Assembly (NCBI GenBank): GCA_963662405.2
Contig: CAXXKT010000001.1
Span: forward strand, 1,504,001-1,568,000
Length of the DNA stretch: 64,000 nucleotides
Source of the DNA: Syntrophales bacterium
GTDB lineage: Bacteria > Desulfobacterota > Syntrophia > Syntrophales > UBA2210
Reading direction: 5' to 3'
This document shows positions 9,680 to 17,435 of the stretch, piece after piece. The notes under the pieces were generated by a model, which did no database searches, was not told where the DNA came from, and worked only from the letters and a program-made list of their open reading frames with translations. The translations under genes were made by a program, and so were the position numbers. Position 1 is the first letter of the stretch. Every line of letters starts with the position of its first letter.

Positions 9680-11710
9680 ATGGCTTCAAAAGACTCCAGA
9701 GAACTGCGTCAATTTAATGAAATTAAACTCCGTGAACTCGATTATTACAAGGAAAAATATCGTAAGACCCTCAAGGAATGGAAGAAATTTATCTCCGGCC
9801 GGGACGATATCGATGACTCCATCGTCCCTTCTGAAGTCCTGGCAGCATGGATTCGCTCGCGCGATTACGGCATCGATCCTCTGAAACTGCCGGAAAAAAA
9901 TATCTTGAAAGGGAAGGAACTTGAAGATCTCCTGGAGAGAAACCGCGAATTTATCGATGTGAGCAGGCCGTTCCTGCTGAACCTGTATCAGTTCCTCGAA
10001 GGTTCGGGTTTTGATGTTATCCTCTTTGATCGTGAAGGTTATCTGTTGGAGATCATGGGCGACCACGATACCGCCGAGATGATGCAGAACACGGGTGGGG
10101 TTGTCGGCGCCCTGTGGAACGAACGGTCGGCCAGCCATAATGTGGCGGGTACGATTGTGGAGGTGAAAAAGCCCATCCAGATCTTCGGGAGCCAGCATTA
10201 TATCAAAGACTACCATGGAGAAACCGGTTCCGGCGCGCCGATCTTTTCACCGGATGGAGAATTGGTCGGGGGAATTACCTTAACCGCCCGGAATTCCAGG
10301 GTCAATCCGCACACCCTCGGCATGGTGGTTGCCGCCGCGTATGCCGTCGAAAATGAGCTGCGGACCCGGAAGGCCTTTGCAGAGTCTCAGACGGCCTATC
10401 GGTATCAACAAACCGTTATGGCATCGATTACGGAGGCCATGATCACCGTTGATAATGCAGGCATTATTTTCCTGATCAACGATCCGGCAAAAAAGCTGCT
10501 CGCCCTGCATTCCGCCCATACGGAGGGTGTCTCCTTGGGCACCGTTTTGAAGGAAGAAAATACCCCTCTCCTTCAATTGATTGAACGCAATGACCATCTG
10601 ACGGATAATGAGGTTCAGATATTTTCTCACAACTCATGGAATGATTATACCCTCACCATAACCCCCATTGTTTCCTCCGAAAGTCGGCATATCGGAAAGA
10701 TTATTGTCCTGAATGAAATCAAAAGGGCGAGAACCATGGTCACAAAAATGCTGGGTGCGAGCGCTGTCTATCATTTCAAAGATATCTGCGGCCGGAATCC
10801 CCGGTTCCTGATCACCATGGAACAGGCAAAAATGGTTGCCCACAACAATTCCAACGTTCTTCTCCTCGGAAAAAGCGGAACGGGGAAAGACATATTCGCT
10901 CAATCGATCCACAATGCAAGCAGCCGGAGGGATGGTCCCTATGTTGCGATCAATTGCGGCGCTATCCCACGAGATCTGATTGCCAGTGAGCTGTTCGGCT
11001 ACGAGGAGGGATCTTTCACCGGTGCCAGGCGCGGCGGCAGCCTGGGAAAATTCGAACTGGCCGATGGCGGCACGATCTTTCTCGATGAGATTGCGGAATT
11101 GCCTCTGGAACTACAGCCGGTCCTGCTGCGGGTCATCGAAGACAAGTCGATTACCCGCATCGGCGGTAAACAGATGCGGAAAACCGATGTACGCATCATC
11201 ACGGCCACCAATAAAAACCTGAGAGAAGAAATCGACAAGGGAAGCTTCCGCGAAGATCTCTTTTACCGGATCAATGTGTTCAGTATCGAGATGATTCCTC
11301 TGCACGAGAGACCGGACGATATACCCCTCTTGACCCAGTGGTTCATAAAACACTACGAAGAGAGCCTGGGGAAACACATCTGTCATGTGGATGGTCGCAT
11401 TATTGATGTGTTTGAGCAGTATGCCTGGCCCGGTAATGTCAGGGAATTACAAAATGTTATCGAGAGGATGATGAACTTTGCCCGGTCCAGCGAACTGACG
11501 TATGACCTGCTTCCCGGAGACATCACCAAAACCCGGATGATGCACGATCAGTTAGGCGATATGGAATCGCCCATGGAAAAAGAAAAGAACATGATCATCA
11601 AGATGCTGGATCTGAATTTTGCTAAAATGGATATCGCCGATAAGCTGCATGTCTCCCGGGCGACCCTCTATCGGAAATTCAAGAAGTACGGGATAAGGGT
11701 ACGCAGATAA
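9680..11710 (+). CDS. sigma54-dependent transcriptional activator (AcoR-like GAF-PAS-AAA+-HTH)
   Basis: GKSGTGKD, SELFGY..GSFTGA, FLDEI, WPGNVREL, C-terminal HTH SRATLYRK. Confidence 0.93.
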   Translation: MASKDSRELRQFNEIKLRELDYYKEKYRKTLKEWKKFISGRDDIDDSIVPSEVLAAWIRSRDYGIDPLKLPEKNILKGKELEDLLERNREFIDVSRPFLLNLYQFLEGSGFDVILFDREGYLLEIMGDHDTAEMMQNTGGVVGALWNERSASHNVAGTIVEVKKPIQIFGSQHYIKDYHGETGSGAPIFSPDGELVGGITLTARNSRVNPHTLGMVVAAAYAVENELRTRKAFAESQTAYRYQQTVMASITEAMITVDNAGIIFLINDPAKKLLALHSAHTEGVSLGTVLKEENTPLLQLIERNDHLTDNEVQIFSHNSWNDYTLTITPIVSSESRHIGKIIVLNEIKRARTMVTKMLGASAVYHFKDICGRNPRFLITMEQAKMVAHNNSNVLLLGKSGTGKDIFAQSIHNASSRRDGPYVAINCGAIPRDLIASELFGYEEGSFTGARRGGSLGKFELADGGTIFLDEIAELPLELQPVLLRVIEDKSITRIGGKQMRKTDVRIITATNKNLREEIDKGSFREDLFYRINVFSIEMIPLHERPDDIPLLTQWFIKHYEESLGKHICHVDGRIIDVFEQYAWPGNVRELQNVIERMMNFARSSELTYDLLPGDITKTRMMHDQLGDMESPMEKEKNMIIKMLDLNFAKMDIADKLHVSRATLYRKFKKYGIRVRR

Positions 11711-11761
11711 GGGGGGATGGACATTCCTTTCAGGACGGCATAACGGCTCAGCGCCCCGTCT

Positions 11762-12250
11762 TCACCGTGGGCCGTGCCCCTTGCCTGGGAATGACGCCGG
11801 TGCTTGATCAGTGGTGTCGGTGTGCACGACCTCCCACGGAGCGATCGGACCGGGGACGATACGGAAAAGGGGGTGCGGGTCGGGACGGTCAACGGGCTCT
11901 ATCCCCGCCGGCCACGACGGGGCGCGGAGGCGCAGTTTTTTCAGGAGATGTGCCCACTCATAGTCGATTTGTCCCGACGTGACGTCGATCGGTTCGACCG
12001 GCCCGGCGGAAGGTATCTTTCCCCCATCGAAACGGTACCCCCGCCGCACGCCTTCGGCATGGATTTCCCTCAGGTAAAAAGCAATCGAAGCCATAGGAGC
12101 GGCCGTTTCGCGGAAACGGATCAACTGGGGATGATTCACATACCCGCGGGTTGTTCCCTTGAGGACCGCCTGTGCGAGAAGCGCCTCCCGCCAGAGGGCG
12201 ACCAGCCCCCGGGGATCGAGGTATTTTGGGTGTAGTGTCCAGAGTCGCAT
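11762..12250 (-). CDS. Pyrimidine dimer DNA glycosylase / endonuclease V family
   Basis: MRLWTLHPKYLD..GLVALWREALLAQAVL...GY.NHPQL.RF signature. Confidence 0.85.
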   Translation of the reverse strand: MRLWTLHPKYLDPRGLVALWREALLAQAVLKGTTRGYVNHPQLIRFRETAAPMASIAFYLREIHAEGVRRGYRFDGGKIPSAGPVEPIDVTSGQIDYEWAHLLKKLRLRAPSWPAGIEPVDRPDPHPLFRIVPGPIAPWEVVHTDTTDQAPASFPGKGHGPR

Positions 12251-12281
12251 TGTTCAGAAGTAATCGGCAGCCTTAACTGCA

Positions 12282-12545
12282 CTATTTGTAAGGAAAACAT
12301 GGATCATCAGGAGTGCCAGCCGTGGTGTGTTTTCTTATAATTTCAACTAATTCAACTGAATGCTGGGCAGCCGAATTCAATTCCTCGAGTGAATCGGAAA
12401 GACTCTTATTGGCCTCTCTCAGAGAATCTATTTCTTTTTGCAGCCCTTTACTTGATCGTCTGTGATAGAGTTCAGCAATAGATATTGAGACCAATGCACC
12501 TATTAGAGCACCGATAATTAATTCAATCATGTGACTCAAGCTCAC
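12282..12545 (-). CDS. Small hypothetical membrane-anchored coiled-coil protein
   Basis: AAGGAG RBS, N-terminal hydrophobic helix, AT-rich. Confidence 0.6.
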   Translation of the reverse strand: MSLSHMIELIIGALIGALVSISIAELYHRRSSKGLQKEIDSLREANKSLSDSLEELNSAAQHSVELVEIIRKHTTAGTPDDPCFPYK

Positions 12546-12561
12546 TGTTTATCTCCTTGGC

Positions 12562-12676
12562 TGCTAACAGCATTGAAAATGGAAGTTTCCTTAATTGTTC
12601 CGAAGGATTTCTTAGGAATGCAATCCATAAAGTAGATCGCTTTCCATAATTATCAGTAGGTTCTAAATTGTTAAAC
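12562..12676 (-). repeat. attC-like imperfect palindrome between small genes
   Basis: Minus strand GTTTAAC overlaps the upstream stop; inner ATGGAA/TTCCAT arms; ends in GTTAGC before the next RBS. Confidence 0.35.
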
Positions 12677-12886
12677 GAGTTTTCCATTATCGTATTTTTT
12701 GAGGAGTTGACCTTTGTGATTTTTAACGATTACCTTTGAGTAAGTATCTTTCTTGCTTGCAGCAAACTCTAATGCTTCTATCTTATTATCAAAATGTTCT
12801 ATTTTCATGCTGGGATCTTTGGGGTGATTTGGGCTCAGTGAACTTGTTCCTATATTATACATCGATACAGTAAAAGGGCTGGGCAT
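12671..12886 (-). CDS. Small hypothetical protein (71 aa) whose RBS is the IS insertion site
   Basis: ATG at 12886 preceded by ATAGGAG from the IS end; MPSPFTVSMY...KKYDNGKLV. Confidence 0.6.
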   Translation of the reverse strand: MPSPFTVSMYNIGTSSLSPNHPKDPSMKIEHFDNKIEALEFAASKKDTYSKVIVKNHKGQLLKKYDNGKLV

Positions 12887-12948
12887 GTGTCCTCTCCTAT
12901 AAAAAGTCAATTCATGGAGAGCCTGTCAAACAGGCCCATGGTTAAAAT

Positions 12949-14061
12949 TTAAACGGCCAAAGCATAACACCTCGCAACCTTACTCATCTCTACATATTTC
13001 GGGTCTGGCAGCATTTTCGATGGATCAAACGGCTCCCCCTTCTTCAAGATGGCATATACAATAGTGCTCATCTTTCGCGCCGTCGCTATTACGCTCTTCC
13101 CGGTTCCCTTGTTCTCTTTCATGGCTTTGTATTTGTACATAAGCCAATATCCATCGGTTTTATTCCGAAGCCGTAGCATCCCCATTACCATTTGCACAAA
13201 AGCCGTCCTCAGTTCCACGGGGCCTCGCTTGGTAATATGACCATGGCGAATGGTCTTGTTGGAGTTTTGAACCCATGGTACCAAACCGGCATGAGCAGCA
13301 TACTGCTTGGCGCTCTCATATCGGTTGATGTCATCGGTATAAGCCCGAATCGTCGCTGCTGTTATTATTCCAACGCCAGGAATCGTTTGCAACAGAGCAA
13401 CATCCTCGTCTTCAGAAACAAGATCAGATAATACGCGCTCAAGTCCTTTGACCTCGGATGCAATTTGGTCTATTGTACCAAGAAGCGGTTTTACCGCTCG
13501 GGCAGCGTTTCCGTAACTCCTATGGTCCGCGAGACCGTCAAGGATTCGCTGCCTTTCTTTTTTGCTCTGCAGCTGTCCCCGCCGACTCTCTATCCCATAT
13601 CCAAGCAATAAACCGTGTATCTGGTTTTTCAAGGATACCAAAGCTTTCACCAGAACAGAACGTGACTTGAGAAGCCTTCGAATGTCCTCGCTTTCCTGCG
13701 AACAAAGAATGGACTCGGGAAGCATATCTTTCTCAAGAAACTCAGCCAATGTGCGGGAATCATGCTTGTCAGTCTTTTTTACTGACTCATTTACAACCTT
13801 GAATTTCAAGGTGTTCACTATCTTGACCTCAATCCCCGCCTTCAAAAACCGGTTGCGAAAGTGTCGGGTGTTCCCTGTTGATTCCACCGCTGCCGTGACC
13901 TCGTAACCGCCCTCATTCCAGTTGGACACCTTCATGATAAATGCCCGGTAACCTCGATCAGTCGTCGGGTAGATGCCCGACTCCTGAACACTCCGATCTT
14001 CACTCAAACAACAAACGGTAAACTGCGTCTTGTGAAGGTCAACCCCGATACTCATCTTCAT
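12949..14061 (-). CDS. IS110-family DEDD transposase/recombinase
   Basis: GVDLHK, AVEST, KKTDKHD (DEDD tetrad), TIPGVG, AGLVPWVQNS, GHITKRG; GAGGAGG RBS. Confidence 0.95.
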   Translation of the reverse strand: MKMSIGVDLHKTQFTVCCLSEDRSVQESGIYPTTDRGYRAFIMKVSNWNEGGYEVTAAVESTGNTRHFRNRFLKAGIEVKIVNTLKFKVVNESVKKTDKHDSRTLAEFLEKDMLPESILCSQESEDIRRLLKSRSVLVKALVSLKNQIHGLLLGYGIESRRGQLQSKKERQRILDGLADHRSYGNAARAVKPLLGTIDQIASEVKGLERVLSDLVSEDEDVALLQTIPGVGIITAATIRAYTDDINRYESAKQYAAHAGLVPWVQNSNKTIRHGHITKRGPVELRTAFVQMVMGMLRLRNKTDGYWLMYKYKAMKENKGTGKSVIATARKMSTIVYAILKKGEPFDPSKMLPDPKYVEMSKVARCYALAV

Positions 14062-14089
14062 AGAACGCCTCCTCACATCTTGGACAGCG

Positions 14090-14262
14090 CCTGTCAGGTG
14101 AATTGGTCCCAATCTCCTATTCGATCTCGAAGATCATTGAATGTTGCGGCTACAGCTCTTCATTCTCCTTTGCGGTCTCGAAGACCAGTAAACATGTCGA
14201 ACAGTAGCCTTGCTGCCCAAAACTATAAAGTTTCAAACAGTGTATCCCAATTCACAGCTCAT
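14090..14262 (-). ncRNA. Putative IS110 bridge RNA
   Basis: Closing stem GTGAATTGG/CCAATTCAC; two twin hairpin loops carrying target-matching (CAAAGGAGA) and donor-matching (ATAGGAG, CATTC) segments. Ends are approximate. Confidence 0.75.
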
Positions 14263-14447
14263 GAAGACTTTTTATCATTCCTCCTTTGTCGTGAGTTCAT
14301 AATGGTCAAAACTATATACCACATATTTTAATCTTACCCGAAAATATCAGCGAAATGAAATCCAGGGGAAAATAGAAAAACAGCGACAACAGCGCCCATT
14401 TTTGACACAAACCGGCGTCCGGGAAAAGAGAGCCGAAAAGCTTGGAA

Positions 14448-14990
14448 CTATATATTTCTTGACATACCATGACAATAAAATTATACGAAGATTACGTTTT
14501 TTTGAATCAATCGTATCGCCGGATGATTGTGAGCGGCAGTGACCCGGAGTGGATTATGGACTGATCATGGAAAGCCCCATTTCTGAAAGAAAGAGATGGG
14601 GCTTTTGTTTTGTCTGATTGAGCAGATCGAGCGATCAAAGCAACGAAACAGACCGAGAAAGGGAGATGGTATGAACCGTCTGCGCAGAATCATCGTCACT
14701 CTTCCGGCCGTGGTTGCCGCTGTTGGCCTCCTCGCCGATCCCGTCCCGGCCGGGGACCTGGATTCCCCGTTCGCCCCCGGCGCCACCAGTTCCTACACAC
14801 TGGAGGACCTCTACAACCGCCTCGACACCGGTGCAGCCGGGACCCAGTCCAGCTTCACCGAACCGACTAACGGCCCGACCGCGGGGACCGTGCACACCGT
14901 CAACGAGATCATGGCCAAGGCCCCCGCCGCCGATGAGGACAGCGGGGCCACGGACACCGACGTGTCGGCCGGAAAGACCTACTGGGGCCT
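14448..14990 (+). repeat. Duplicated promoter + leader + N-terminal coding module, copy 1
   Basis: Near-identical to about 15882-16425. Confidence 0.9.
14571..14611 (+). terminator. Intrinsic terminator in a 5' leader, copy 1
   Basis: AAAGCCCCATTTCT...AGAGATGGGGCTTTTGTTTT. Confidence 0.75.
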
Positions 14991-15807
14991 CACCAACGGG
15001 GCATGGGGCGTGCGGAACGGGACAGGCTCCGCCGGTGGTCTGGCCCCCTCGGCGGCCCAGTATGTCTTCGTGGAGCTGGCCGAGGGGAACACCGACGTCC
15101 AGAACGGAGCGGCCCTCCTGGCGGCCTATACCCAGGCAAAGGGGCTCACCCCGGGGGCGGCCAACCGTATCGCGGTCATTGTCCCGCCCGGGCGCTACGA
15201 CCTGGGCACGGGGGCGGTTACCCTCGATACCGCGTACATCGACCTTGTGGGCCTGACCACGGACCGGGAGGCGCAATGCATCTACGGGACCTCCAACGGA
15301 GCAGGCACCGGCGTCCTCATGCAGACCGCCGACAACGTGGTCATTGCCAACCTGACCATCGAGTGCACCCGGAGCAGCGGGAGTTTAAGCCAGGATGCCA
15401 CCGGCCCGGCGGCCTATTTTCCGAACACCAATCTGCCTCATACGACCGTCAGAAACTGCCTGTTCACGGCCACGGAATATGCCTGGTCCATGCGTATTTC
15501 CATCGAATATGCCGGCACCTATGAAGACTGCACCGGGGGAAGACGCTCTTTCGGCGGCGCCGGCGCCGGCGGCACGGCCAGCGGCACCTTCACGAACTGC
15601 ACTGGCGGGGGGGGCTCTTTCGGCGGCGGCGGCGGCACGGCCGGCGGCACCTTCACCCGCTGCACCGGGGGGAATCAATCTTTCGGCAGCTTTGGCACGG
15701 CCGTCGGGGGCAGATTCTATTACTGCAACGGCGACGGTTCCCATTCCTGGAACGGCGACGAAACAACCACCGTGTACTGCATCAAAAACGGCAACCCCTA
15801 TCCGTAG
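14671..15807 (+). CDS. Secreted protein: shared N-terminal module plus beta-helix/Gly-rich repeat C-terminus
   Basis: Signal peptide; GTFTxCTGGxxSFG repeats; VPPGRYDL beta-helix-like start. Confidence 0.75.
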   Translation: MNRLRRIIVTLPAVVAAVGLLADPVPAGDLDSPFAPGATSSYTLEDLYNRLDTGAAGTQSSFTEPTNGPTAGTVHTVNEIMAKAPAADEDSGATDTDVSAGKTYWGLTNGAWGVRNGTGSAGGLAPSAAQYVFVELAEGNTDVQNGAALLAAYTQAKGLTPGAANRIAVIVPPGRYDLGTGAVTLDTAYIDLVGLTTDREAQCIYGTSNGAGTGVLMQTADNVVIANLTIECTRSSGSLSQDATGPAAYFPNTNLPHTTVRNCLFTATEYAWSMRISIEYAGTYEDCTGGRRSFGGAGAGGTASGTFTNCTGGGGSFGGGGGTAGGTFTRCTGGNQSFGSFGTAVGGRFYYCNGDGSHSWNGDETTTVYCIKNGNPYP

Positions 15808-15881
15808 AGGAAAGAGGGACAACACCACCTGTTTTTGAAAAATAACCAAGCCCCGGAAAAGGGGTTTTGGAAAATCCAGAG

Positions 15882-16425
15882 CTATATATTTCTTGACATA
15901 CTATGACAATGGGATTAGATGGAGATTACGTTTTTTTGAATAAATCGTATCGCCGGATGATTGTGAGCGGCAGTGACCCGGATGAGGATTATGGACTGAT
16001 CATGGAAAGCCCTGTTTCTGAAAGAGAGAGATGGGGCTTTTGTTTTGTCCGATCGAAAAGATCGAGCGATCGAAACAGCGAAACAGACCGAGAATAAGGA
16101 ATTGATATGAACCGCCTGCGCAGAATCATCGTCGCCCTTCCGGCCGTGGTTGCCGCCATGGCCCTTCTCGCCGGTCCCGCCACGGCCGGAGACCTGGATT
16201 CACCGTCCGCCCCCGGTGCCACCAGTTCCTACACACTGGATGACGTTTACAATCGTCTGGACGCGGGCACGGCCGGTTCCCAGTCCACCTTCACCGAACC
16301 GGCTGGCGGGCCGACCGCGGGGACCATGCACACCGTCAACGAGATCATGGACAAGGCCCCGGAGATGAATGATACCAGCGGGGCCGCCGCCGGAGATGTA
16401 ATGGCCGGAAAAACCTTCTGGGGGC
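15882..16425 (+). repeat. Duplicated promoter + leader + N-terminal coding module, copy 2
   Basis: Near-identical to about 14448-14990. Confidence 0.9.
16006..16046 (+). terminator. Intrinsic terminator in a 5' leader, copy 2
   Basis: AAAGCCCTGTTTCT...AGAGATGGGGCTTTTGTTTT. Confidence 0.7.
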
Positions 16426-17222
16426 TCCTGTCCGGAGGCGGATGGGGGCTTCAAACCGGAAGCCTGGCCACTCAAACCCCGGACAGCGCCACTGTCAATC
16501 AGGCGGCAGGGTATTATAACGCATTTGATCTCTCCACGGTGGATACCGACCTTACGGCCGCCAACATCAAATGCGGGGTGACCATCTTCGGTGTGGCCGG
16601 GACCCATCTCCCCGGTTGCGTGGCGAAAACGGGCCAGACCGCGTGCTACGACGCATCAGGAACCGAGATCGATTGCTCCGGTACCGGCCAGGATGGCGAC
16701 TATCAGAAGGGATGTGAACCGGCAGTTGCTCCTTCCACCTCTGGCTTATTTGGTGGTTACAATCGGAAGTCGTTCCTCCCGTGCGACGCAGGGTTCACCG
16801 ACAACGGGGACGGCACGGTGACCGATAACCTGACCGGGCTGATCTGGCTGAAGAATGCGAACTGCACGGATACGGTCGGAGGTGTGGACAAGAGCGAAGG
16901 GAACCTGATATGGGCGGATGCTTTGACGTGGTGCAACAATCTGGCGGACGGCGCTTGCGGGCTCACCGACGGTTCCGCTGCCGGCGACTGGCGCCTGCCC
17001 AATTTAAATGAGTTGAGGAGTCTTGTGGGCGCCACCAATATTGAGCCCTATTTACCGTCCGGTCATCCCTTTATCAACGTTCAGGGTAACATGTACTGTT
17101 CGAGCACGACCAAAGCGGACGAAACGGGCAAAGCGTGGCATGTGGACACGCATTTTGAAAGGGTGTCGTCCTCTGACAAAGGCCTCGTGCGCTACGTATG
17201 GCCCGTCCGCGGAGGGCAATAG
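16107..17222 (+). CDS. Secreted DUF1566 (Lcl C-terminal) domain protein
   Basis: KTGQT, FTDNGDGTVTDNLTGLIW, DWRLPNLNEL, YVWPVRGG. Confidence 0.88.
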   Translation: MNRLRRIIVALPAVVAAMALLAGPATAGDLDSPSAPGATSSYTLDDVYNRLDAGTAGSQSTFTEPAGGPTAGTMHTVNEIMDKAPEMNDTSGAAAGDVMAGKTFWGLLSGGGWGLQTGSLATQTPDSATVNQAAGYYNAFDLSTVDTDLTAANIKCGVTIFGVAGTHLPGCVAKTGQTACYDASGTEIDCSGTGQDGDYQKGCEPAVAPSTSGLFGGYNRKSFLPCDAGFTDNGDGTVTDNLTGLIWLKNANCTDTVGGVDKSEGNLIWADALTWCNNLADGACGLTDGSAAGDWRLPNLNELRSLVGATNIEPYLPSGHPFINVQGNMYCSSTTKADETGKAWHVDTHFERVSSSDKGLVRYVWPVRGGQ

Positions 17223-17435
17223 GAGTTTGGGTTCTCCGGACCCTTTGCCGCCAATGTAAGGCTCGGTCCGTGCGCGGCGGCATTTTTAGAGGGGCTTTCA
17301 GGTGCGGCGTCAGCCGCACGACCCGCTTGCGTGAGTGGCCTCACGGCGAATACAGAGGGAGGACGTGACCATGAAAAACAGTGACGGGCACCATCTTCCA
17401 AATCAGGAGGAAAAGAGGGACAACAGCGCCCGTTT

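Larger units (their letters stand above)
12894..14280 (-). mobile_element. IS110-family insertion sequence (about 1.39 kb)
   Basis: Encodes a DEDD recombinase; bounded by AGGAG at both junctions (12894-12898 and 14281-14285); TTGACT near the right end; long structured left non-coding end. Confidence 0.85.

Noticed and set aside
14500..14611. Known riboswitch (c-di-GMP-I) or ops/JUMPstart element
   Set aside because: Lacks the GCAAAC/GACGCAAAGC core and only loosely resembles GGCGGTAG; kept as an unknown leader instead.
16107..17345. Complete diversity-generating retroelement
   Set aside because: No reverse transcriptase, Avd or AAC-rich template repeat in the window.
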